A stretch of DNA of 51,822 nt, filler included, from Sphacelaria rigidula (taxonomy: Eukaryota): assembly GCA_964200075.2 (NCBI GenBank). It is 3 parts of 3 records of this genome, joined end to end, with 100 filler letters (N's around TTAATTAATTAA, not from the genome) between each part and the next. Parts side by side here need not be neighbours in the genome. Positions count along the whole stretch, not along the records: positions 34,618 to 51,822 come from CAXNAA020001143.1; 2 more parts are not named here. One strand, written 5' to 3'. Below the pieces are notes generated by a model, which worked only from the letters and a program-made list of their open reading frames with translations, made no database searches and was not told the origin of the DNA. Positions within the stretch are counted from its first letter, which is position 1; every line of letters starts with the position of its first letter. Positions 36,245 to 46,615 of this stretch are shown here, one piece after another. The translations under genes were made by a program, and so were the position numbers.

Positions 36245-36900
36245 CGGTAATGGGCGCCGAAATATTGCAGGTGTCTCCATTAGGGGTAAGAATGGTGCTC
36301 CGTCTCGAAAGGGATACATGGTCAATGGCCAAACGACTATATTGTAGTAATTGGCGCCTGAACTATTTATTGATCACAAGGTTTTTTCTCGCGACAACTC
36401 GTCGATAGAACTCGAAAGTGCTGGTGACGGTAGATTTTGGTAACATGAACAGAGGGTCTTCCCCCCCAGTGCCCAAGTTGGTGTTAGTTGGCTTTATCGG
36501 GCGATACGAGTAGATACGCCATTTATCAGGAGGGTGTTTTTGACCGTAGACAAAAATTTCGGCTCCAATGCAATGAGTAGGTAGAATTACAGAAAAAACT
36601 GTACATTTCTTCGCAAATACGATCGGGACCGGCTCCATAGACCGGAAATACCGAAGAGTCAGATTCTGGGCTGAAACGTGTCAGGACCCCCGATGACCGG
36701 TCAGCCGGAAAATCACTCAATATTGAGTACAGATTTTTGTTTTTTCTTGAAATGTGGAGCGGATACAAGTATATCCGGATCCCCAATGTGATGAGCGGTG
36801 GCAAGCGAAAGAGCCTTAGAAAATCGCTAATAACGGAGAAATTACAAAATGAATAGTTCAGGCGCCCAGTACTGCAAGGCAAGCAACAAATGAGAATCTC
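36245..36900 (+). mobile_element. LINE family G 3' fragment (36245-36339 + 36876-36900) split by MITE copy 2 (36345-36874)
   Basis: ...gtcaatggccaaacgacta|[MITE]|aaggcaagcaacaaatgagaatctcccctccc; the MITE is the inverted homolog of 28455-29011. Confidence 0.8.
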
Positions 36901-37320
36901 CCCTCCCTTTTTCCCACATCTATTAAGCCAGTGTCTGCAGTTAGGCCGTGTCTTCGAACATTATTTCTCGGCCGAAAATGAGCGGTGGAAAGGAAAAACT
37001 CTGGTCTGATAGGTCGTGATTTCAACCATCTTTGAAATTAAGGATGATGGTTGAAGTCACAACCGATCAGATCGGGATTTTTGTTCTTCATCGCACAATT
37101 TCGATCGAAAACTACTGTGCCAAGAAACACCCTCAAGCACGGCGGACAGAAACACAAGGGAAAATAGCGCTTTCCAAAAAAATGAAAAACGGAAAAATGA
37201 CAAAAAAAAGAGAGAGGAATTGAGAAATTGAGAAATTGAGAAATTTAATGTTTGAAATTACAAATTGAAAATTGATAGTCAAAACGTAAAAATATGAATA
37301 AATAAACACTTTAAACTCAC

Positions 37321-37868
37321 TCGTCTTCCTGGACCTGGACCCGCGCTCCTCGGTACCGCGTAAGCTCCCGGATGAAATCAAGGTCCGACTCCATCGCATC
37401 CTCGTTGCTGCTGCCAGCCACATTCTGCGCGCTCCCACGCCGCGTCAACCCCCACCTCCCACTGGCGTGGGCACCGCCACCGCCACCCCCCCCACCAACA
37501 GCACCAACAGCACCAACAGCACCAACAGCACCACCCCCACCAACAGCACCAGTACCTCCAACAGCATAGCTACCATTGCCTCCGCTCCCCTCAGCACCGC
37601 CCGTCCCACCCCCAGCAGCGATCGATGTGGACGAAAAATTGTTGGTTTTGCGGGGAGGAGTGGAAACGCTGTCGAAGTCGTCATTGCCATTACCGCTACT
37701 GGCGCCCAAAGGATCTTGCTGTTTGGCTGCCCTTGTGTCGGTGGGTGACGGCCGCACACTGGTAGTGGTAGGGGCCGTGGCGGGAGATGAATTCGACGGT
37801 AGACGGTGTTCGGACTGTTGTCTCTTCGGTTGTAACGGAATGGTGGTCGGGACGTTGGGTGGTGGTAC
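37321..37868 (-). CDS. Gene A exon 3 (Pro/Gly-rich, ends EDAMESDLDFIRELTRYRGARVQVQEDE)
   Basis: Acceptor caacaacAG (phase 0), donor GA|GTGAGT (phase 2); 548 nt open; contains (GAV)n repeat. Confidence 0.8.
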
Positions 37869-38627
37869 CTGTTGTTGCTGGTGGTAAGGACCGGGGGGGG
37901 GGAGGGGGGGGAAGGGGATACAAAAAATAGTAAGAGCAGTGTCCAGAAAAAGGTATGATGACTTATCGGCCTCGGTTTCGGTCGCGTGGGGGTACAGTTA
38001 CCAGCGAGACATGGTGACAGCAGTGACCAGGAAAAAAGGTCTAACGATTTATCGGTCTCGGTTTTGATCACCTGAGGGTACAGTTGACAGCGAGCTGTGT
38101 CTCCATCTTTTTAATGGGTTAATCCAGTGAAAGATGGTCGCTACGGGCCCTCTGCCGGCATAACGATCACTCCTACGGGCTGGTTCACGCTCATCACCCA
38201 AAAATTGTGTCGTCAGGAAATGCCTTTCGCAATACCTGCCCAATAGTCGCAGGAATGATATCATACTGACCGCCATGGACAGCTGAAGAGCGTGACATAG
38301 CCGGATTCTGTGTTCATGGCCACAGTGGTGGCGCCAAGGGCGAAAAGGTACCTCGCCCAATCAGCGCCCTTCAAATTGTTCTGAAACCAAAGATACGAAG
38401 TCCAGGCCCAATTTCCAACCGATCTCCACACACTTCAAATCGTAGTAACCGCCATCATATCGGGAATCTGTCAGAAAAAAAAATCATCGAAGACGGTCCA
38501 ACGGTTCCAACGTGGTGTTTCGGTGATTTGGGGTTTTGGCTTCGTCTAATTTCCACTCATGATAGGTACGAAATAAAGGAATACAAATATAACCAGAAAA
38601 TACGTTCTCATACTAAAACCACGTAGT

Positions 38628-38999
38628 CAGGAGTTTGCACGTTTCAAGCTCACGTCATCGCGCTGGTGCGCAAAACTTGACGCCGTTTTTAGGAGTTAGA
38701 CCCTGAAACTTGCACAAATGTGCTTTGGCTCACTACGCAACTTTCAACGGACGAGGTCATCTTCACTTTTTGATTATTTACCGTTTTTCGGGGGTTCAAC
38801 GGGATCCAAGTTTCTCCGACGACCCTGGAACTCCCGAAAACGGTGGAAGGAAAATCAGAGGGTGAAAACAAAAAACGCCCATCTGAAGTTGCGTACTGAC
38901 CCGCAGAAAAATTGTGCAACATTTCAGGGTCCAATTTCTTAACACGGCGTGAAGTTTTGCGCATGACTTCTTGTGGGTTGACAAGCGTGAACCTGCCTG
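38628..38999. mobile_element. Foldback MITE, CAGG...CCTG ends
   Basis: tgcgcaaaacttgacgccgtttttaggagttagaccctgaaacttgcacaa pairs with ttgtgcaacatttcagggtccaatttcttaacacggcgtgaagttttgcgca. Confidence 0.75.
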
Positions 39000-39407
39000 T
39001 ACCTCATGCTGAACGGGTTGGCCATATCGATAGCACCCACGATAATATATATATATACATATATATTATATGTATGGATAGAAAGAGTGGCCAACCAAAG
39101 TAAACAATGTGACTAGAATCGGCGCATTGTGGAACGAAAAGATGGCGCACATGAAAATAAGCGAGGAGTGACGAAGACGCTAGCATTTTCGGCCAGTGCA
39201 GAGTGCAAAGTGGCACTTGTGGAGTTCCCCCGACCTCCAAGGTATCCTGAGAGCACGGCTGCGTCTCTCAGGCATCAGTTAATGTACGACATTCGATCAA
39301 TCGATCAATCATCAGTCATAGCTGTGCTACGCGATATTCCGCTTGTTCTCTTCATTTATTCCAGTACATGTGTACAGTACATGCGTACAGTACATGTGTA
39401 GGGTATA

Positions 39408-39722
39408 GCCGGTCGCCCCAGGGGGCTCAAATGGTGAACTCGAAACCTTGTGACGGTTCGGTCGTGGGTTCGAATCTCGATGCAGTCACACGATCTGGGA
39501 GGTTTTCTCACACCATGCGCAACAGTGAAGAGAGACTATGCCGTGGGGAGACGAAAGACGACTTCACGGTCGACGAGGGAAGAGACGCGACAAAAAATGA
39601 GGCAAACACCGCAGAAGGAAAATAGAGTCTCGCCTTCCTCCTGTGTGATCCCGTCTGATGCACCCACATATACCGAAAGGGTGCAGACTGGCGTCCAAGA
39701 TAGATGGGATGCCAACACACAC
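39408..39722 (+). mobile_element. tRNA-derived SINE family A, full length
   Basis: gccggtcgccccaggGGGCTCAAATGGtgaac...gtgGGTTCGAATCtc head; body and (CA) tail match 24814-25172. Confidence 0.85.
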
Positions 39723-41057
39723 TGTACACAACAGGGGAAACAAAACTGCGCGTCCTCAGCAAAAACTACGGAAATCGGATCAAGTTGAGGTCATTTTGCG
39801 CCGTATAAAAAAAACTACCATTCGCTGCCGTAACCTCACGTGGCCGAAAACGATAAAAGTATTATACCTTTTCCTTTTTTGCTTTCCGCCCCTTGCCCCT
39901 GAAATCCTGCCCTCGGGCCGTGTGTACAGTACTCGTAACCATTCTCTCTGAAGGAGAAGATTTGCTTGCTGCCCACACTACAATCTTGGGCGTGAAAGAA
40001 ATCGCCGGTGTTTTACGAGCGCCAAATGTGTAGGCTGGTGGTTCAATTATACTGTCATCCAAAAGGGTCACAATACGAATAAGGTAGACAATACGTATGA
40101 CCATCTGATCGCAGGGGGTGTTATCCTTCATAATCTAGGGTATCTCACTGACCAAACGTATCTTACATGATCGTTTGACTTCGATATGCAACAGTAATTC
40201 TCCAGTGAGCTGATACTATGCGTATCCAAATGTTTCGTGGCTTTCTGTTCATGCTTGTGCACGAAGATCGTCAAATCTCCGCTCAAAGAACTACGAATGC
40301 ACGCGCCATCCTATCGGTTGCTGTTCTCTCATTGGCTCGGAACTGTGGCTCTCTTCCTCCCACGCATTTGTTTGTATTTTCGCGCTGTACTAAATGCTTC
40401 CGGGTTGTGTTCGTTCTTGCTCATTTCCTCCGTCTATTTCTCTCTTGTTTTCCATTCTCCCCTTCTTTTTTTTTCTTTTTTCTCTCATCTTCTCTTCGTC
40501 CCTCATTCTCTCCCTGTTTTATCATTGCTTTCACGCTTCACTTTTCTTCCTGAAGCCCGCTGAAAATTGTTTCATCAAGTGCTTGTATGCCCTTCCTTCA
40601 AAGATCGCGGCCGCGACGCCCTGCCGAGATTAGTGCGGTCTCCAGAAAGATGATTCACAATCTGCTGCTGAGGCCTTCCTCTTCGCACGGCATCCACACC
40701 TCAAGCCCGGCCGGGAGACTGTCTGATTTTTCCTTGGGACCTGTACATATCTTCGTAACATGGCATTTACGTCAGCTCACCATTTCCATTCTCTGTCATG
40801 TTTTTTCCTTCCGCCCCTGTCCCCGTTCTCGAACTTCCTTCAGCAGTGCTGGCACTGACATCAGTGCTGGCCCTGTGTTTTACCTTGGGCACGTGTATCT
40901 CGTGACCCCGGCTGGATCCCTCGGGTTTAGGTATTGCAGTAGGCAGCAATCAATCAAACACATCAATCAAATCAACCCTTTTATCGCCCTACATGTAGCA
41001 AAACCCGCTAGCTGTACCGTACAGTACGGCACCGTACCGTACCGTACCGTATCACAC

Positions 41058-41546
41058 CTGATTCGATCGCAGGGGAGCACCATCTTGACCCCCATCCCCA
41101 TTACCCTGAGCACAGCTGCCAGCGTCCATCACACCCCTGAATAGCGACGACGGAGGCTCATCACCGCCATCACCCCGCTGCACCCCGTCGTCGACCGCCT
41201 CCCCGGTGCCCCCTCCACCCGCGTTGAAAAAAGTAGACTTTCTAGCCTCAAGAGCGGCAGGACTCAGAGGCGCGGGCGTCGTCGGCGCCGGCGGCGGAGG
41301 CAACGGGCGAGCGGCGGACCGGCGATCGATATCTGCGGAGCTCTCTGCACGCTGCGGTGGGGAGTGATACGAATCCGGTCCGCGGTAGAACCCCGGTCCA
41401 AGCGGATCCGATTCTTCGTCGTCCTCATCGTCATCGTAAGTGCGGATTCGGCTCGGGTCACCGTTGGTGTTGCTGTCTCCTGAGGAGCTGTTTCCGAAGT
41501 CTGACATGCTGTGTGACGAGTCAAAGCTCCTCGAGAGTGGATCGGA
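41058..41546 (-). CDS. Gene A exon 2 (acidic/Pro-rich low complexity)
   Basis: SDPLSRSFDSSHS...APLRSNQ. Acceptor acacacAG, donor CAG|GTGTGA; 489 nt, phase 0/0. Confidence 0.8.
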
Positions 41547-42959
41547 CTGTGTGTTTGTGCCGGGGAGCGGGTGGGGAGGGAAAGTTGGGGTTGGTGGGGA
41601 AAAGGGGTGGGAGTGGTTGAGAGTGGAAGTGATGCGTGGAGGGTTATTTTTCAGCCTGTGTGATAAGAACTCGTGTAATCGACGATGAAAAAACTGTGTA
41701 ATGTGGGAGGGAGATTCGACACAAAGCTCGACAGAATCACCGCGGTACAGAGAAGGCTGGCTTGACCGAGGAACGGCGGGCAACCATAAAGTTCGCGTAT
41801 CGGGCACGTACGGGCGGGAGACGGGCGTGGCGTTGCCTTGCGATGGGCGCGAAGAAACACGGCCGAAAAGACAGCGTCAAATGACGAGTTTTGTTGGCCG
41901 TACGCGGGCCTGGGAAGAGGTCCGTCCACGATGAAAAACATATTCTAGGGATCGAATATACCCGAGAGCGTGGGCTTGTGCAACGCCATCAATTCAGCCA
42001 GCATCAAACAGGGCGAACCTGTGGGCTACAGTTTGGTGGCGTTCGGGATTTGGCACGCTTCGGTGATGCGACCGTGCAAACAGAGGGGTCGTTAAACGGT
42101 TTCAGCGCTGTCGTGGGGTATCACAATCGTTTTTTCTTTCCGAGCGAGTGCTTCATAGACGGGAACTCTTCTCGTCCTAGCTCGGAGGGATTGCGAACAA
42201 ATATCACGAGCACACAAGCGTTTGTGAAATCAAAATTGGGTTGGGGGGCGGGGGGCGAGGGGCGTGTGAGGGTGGTGATTGCAAGACACATCGGTATAAC
42301 TGGCGCCACCTTCCTCCACAAGAAGAAACGGAGAATACACATTTCGCACAAATATTCCCGCCTTGTTTTCGTAAACCGCGCCGGTTTGGACACGCGTGTG
42401 ATCTTTGTTTGGTACAGGAGCACACTTATCCAACTTGATCTCCATGCGACAATTTTCATGTCGTTTGATGGACCGTCTCCTTGCGCGTGATGAGAGGAGA
42501 AATCACTTCCCCGTCCCGGCAATGTTGTATTCTTGCGTGCGTTGCAGCCGGCAAAACAAGGTATCAACAACGGTTGGCCGCCCCCTTGTTTTGACACATG
42601 TCTGCCTGCACAAGGCTTAGCCAGCAAGTCAGGGCCAACGTTGAGGGCTTCCGTTCGATTTTCTTTCGTATCTGAGCGACGATTGATTTCTCAACACCGG
42701 AGAGCACAACAGCAACAACTACGACACCAGCCCTCCCTGAGCAGAAGATCCACGGCCGGTATTTTTTATGCTTCCCGCTTGCAGGCACTAAAACACCACC
42801 GGCATACGTCACACCGGACACGGACTCGTGTCCCAGCTGAATTCACAACCAGCGACAAATCTTGCAATATATAAATGTTTTTTTTTCCAAGTTATAGTAG
42901 TATTTACTCTCGTCACCGCGATTTCACGCAACGCGCGTTTCTCGAATCACTTCTTCTCG

Positions 42960-43550
42960 CAGTGTGGCTATTGAACAACCGACTCGCACAAGATATTTGA
43001 AAGCGCAACGTGGAAGGAAATCGACAAGCACAGCATGAAAGGGAAACGGAAATAGAATATACAGGGAAACTTCAGGACACCATATAAGTAACACAAGGAG
43101 AACATTGAAGATCTTACGTGAAAGGATACCGGAAACGCACCACACAAGGAAGCTGAAAGTCCAACACGAAAACGAAGATGAATACCTTGCATGTGAGGAA
43201 AGGTGGAGACAGCATGATCGGATTTTGAGCACGCAACTGCAAGGAAAATGACAACTCAACATGGACGGACATTGAAAACGCAACACGGGCGATTGATTTT
43301 CTACAGGACAGAGGACTAGAAAGCCTAGATCGTGACCCTACTTGCACGACGAACACCACACTCCTTACAGAGGACAACAACATGGGCTCGCTTGGGAACA
43401 CTGACAAATTCACGCTGCGAACATGCCATGCGTTTTCGCACGACATCCAACCTCGTCACATCACCTGTGCAAGGTTTGAAAACACACATGCAACGCTGCA
43501 CAGCCACACCAACATTCATGAACCACTCCACCCTTAGACTGCAAGGGTAG
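42960..43550 (+). pseudogene. Decayed retroelement ORF fragment, possibly Penelope-like GIY-YIG region
   Basis: A-rich, stop-riddled frame WKEIDKHSMKGKRK*NIQGNFRTPYK*HKENI loosely resembles the G-x-F-x-T-R-Y-K-E-H segment of GIY-YIG endonucleases; weak. Confidence 0.3.
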
Positions 43551-43926
43551 TCCATCTGGACCATGCACACTTTTTCAAGTTAGTTTGATGCCGATTCAAC
43601 ATATATCCTACTCTCGCTGTCGAAGGGTTAACTCGCATCCCGCACGAAACATACCTCGCCCTTTCCTCTTCACACGGTACCACCCCTTGACCATTATTCC
43701 GCACTGTACAATAGTTTGCATACACCTGATCACTGTAGGATCCGAGGCGACGACTGCAGGAAACATTCTCGGGAAATAGAACATATATATATATATATAT
43801 ATTTAGTGAGAGTTCGAAGTTCGCCCAAGAGACACGTATAGACAAGCAAAACCAACCCACGACCAAAATTCGGACAACGTAGAGGGATAAATATTGCGTA
43901 CCACAGCCCGCACATCTTTTTTACAC

Positions 43927-45054
43927 CTTGAACCTGACAGAGCCGACACTCCGAGGCGAGTTCCTAAGCCTATTCTTTTTCAACAAAGAACTCGCCTGAA
44001 AGTGAGTGCCCTCGATCACCAACCCCGCCGCCGCGTTTCTGTCAGCACGGCTAATGCGGGAGGCGGTGCCAGAGGCGGTGCCAGAGGCGGTGCCGGGCGA
44101 GAGCGGCGCTACCCTAACCGCCTCCCCCCCCCTGCAATCAGTATCTCCCCCGCCATCATCTCCTAACCCCTCAGCAACCAACCCCATGTCTATTACCCGG
44201 CCGTTAGTGCTGGCGCTGCTGCGGTTGTCCTTCATCCTGCTCTCCGAGGCCCCTGACACCTCTTCACATGCAGAGACAGGGAGCGATGATGCCCGAAGGG
44301 GGGAGGCTGGACCCGGAGACGCGGATACAGGGGTAGGCGGGAAGAAGGCCGAGGTAGGCATTTCTTCTTCCTCTTTAAGCCGTAACTCGGCCGCCGCTAT
44401 CGCTTCAGCCTCCGCTTCCGCCGCCGCTGCCGCGGCAGCCTTTGCTGCCGCCGCCTCGGCCTCGGCCTTCGCCGCTGCCTTCGCCGCTGCCTTCGCCACC
44501 TTCACCGCCGCTGCCGCCGCAGCCGCCGCAGCCTGCGATGGCGATAAAGGTGGCGGGTGCCGTGGCGGCTGAAACTTTAATTCCGCCTCCGCCTCCGCCT
44601 CATCAACGGCTGTAGTAGCTCCAGAGAAGCTGCTGTCGCGGCCCGTAGGAGTGACATCGACATCCAACTGCGTGGCAAAGCGCGCGCGAGTCTTCGGAGG
44701 CGGCGGGGTAGGGGAAGCATTGGCGTGCGCGCTGCTTGCGCGGGCGAAAGAGGTCCTTTCGATCCGTGCTGAGAGTGTGCTGACGTTGGTGGAGGGGACG
44801 GCCGCCGAAGAGGTAGTGGCGGAGTTCCACCTGGCGCCGTTGCTGCCGGTGCGGAGGCTGCTCTTGCCCATCGGTGATACGCTGCGCGGACGTGGCAGCG
44901 ACATCCCCTCTCCCTGTCGAGGCCTGTGTATCGTTTTGATTTCGATGGATTGAGGTATGGACACGGGTGATTGGCCGTGTTCGTACGACAGGGGTAGGAT
45001 GTCCAGGGTTAGGTCAGCGGGGAGGTGGTCGAGAGGAGATTCAGGAACGACCAT
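43927..45054 (-). CDS. Gene A probable first coding exon (Ser/Pro/Ala-rich, poly-Ala helix)
   Basis: 376 codons from ATG 45054 to donor AAG|GTGTAA (phase 0). An AG at 45057-45058 leaves open an upstream (UTR or coding) exon. Confidence 0.8.
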
Positions 45055-45063
45055 CGCTAGTAA

Positions 45064-45661
45064 GTAGGATTTTGCTTTTTATGCGCGGATGTAATTTCGC
45101 ATAAAACGGGGTTTTGCGCATTACCTCATGCATTTTTTTGAAACACATGTTTTTGGGGATTTCAGCTTAACAAAGGCATAAACGCTACGTTTTACGCGTA
45201 ACTTGGCGCATACAGTTCTCCAACGGGATTATGCACCCCATGCCCAGCAGCTTGTAGTTGCCCACGGGTGCTCCATTGTGGTGTAGCTTGTCGAGTCGTG
45301 GCGGTTTTGTTCGTAGTGTTTTTTTTTAAACTTTGTTGCGGGTCTGATATCGGCTATTGTGCTGTACTTAAAATACTCTATGTTTATGTGAAACTGATGG
45401 AAAAAATAAATATGTCATATTGCACATCGGACGTAGGCTTTTGCTTTTTATGCGCGTTTTTTTGTTCATGCTGGAAGGTACGTTCCACGAGGGGTGCCGA
45501 AACGAACCGCCTCAAGAAGGATGGGAAAAAAGCGCACAAGTCGTGCATATTTCACCAAGATACGCATCAATCGGCGCATAATTTCCATTTTTGAGCACGA
45601 GAAAAAATGAAAAAAAACGCTTACAAGAGAAAAAAAACGCGTAAAAAGCAAAAGCTTAGTA
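45064..45661. mobile_element. MITE-like element immediately upstream of the gene A ATG
   Basis: gtaggattttgctttttatgcgcg at ~45066 (repeated at ~45433) versus cgcgtaaaaagcaaaagcttag at ~45638-45659. Confidence 0.6.
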
Positions 45662-46615
45662 TAATAGTAAGGGTGTACGAGATAGCTCTGAGGTGCGGAC
45701 CAATACATACTCCAGTCAGACCATTTCAAGGGTCGGACAAAAAATGATTCGTCTGAAAATTACTTGATTTTAGTATAATGAGTCGACTCGTGACAAAGCG
45801 GTCCATAGGCTTTATTATTACAGCGTTGGAACCCAGGTACACGAAGCCCAGACACGTGGAATGGCGCATAAGTTGCGTGGATACCCCTTGGACCAGCGAT
45901 CAATTTATTTCTCCCTTTTGGGCAATCGGGCCGAAGAAATCGTAAATTTGGTGATTTTGAGTCGTGATGATTTGTCCTAACCGTGGACCGTTTCATGTTC
46001 TTCGAAATTTTCGGTTGAGTCAGGCCGGCAGCTACACAGGGCCATGCATCACCAACTACGTCCCGCGAGAGCTTTGCTTCGATATCACCTCGTTCTACTC
46101 TTGTGCGGTACTTGTACCCTCTACTGCGTGTACTGTACTATAGTCTCGTGAGGGGTACGAGCGGTAGGCGGGGTACGTGAACCGATTTACTGTTGTTGTA
46201 GACGTCCACAGGGCAAGAGCCAGAGCGAACATGCTACTCAAGATGCTCATCAGTGACCGCCTCAGGTTCTACAGATGAGCAGCATGCTTGCGAAACGGAA
46301 TAGACGCCAAGCATCTACAGAACCTGCTGTTCGCACGTCTTTCGCGAACCCATACGCCAAGCTCACTACAGAAACAGGCGATGACACGCAGCGTCGGCGA
46401 ATACGTCGCACCAACTTTGAATCATTACCCAGTACAGCACAGAGGTCAACATGCGCAACAGAACCGACTGTACAATTCAGTTGACACGGCTGTGCAGGAA
46501 CACCGCCGCACGACCAATGACTCTCATGAACAAGAGCCCTACACAACCCACAACAATATATAAGTAAACCCTCAACAACTCTAAAGCCATCCCGCTTGCT
46601 TTACCTCTCGGGCAG

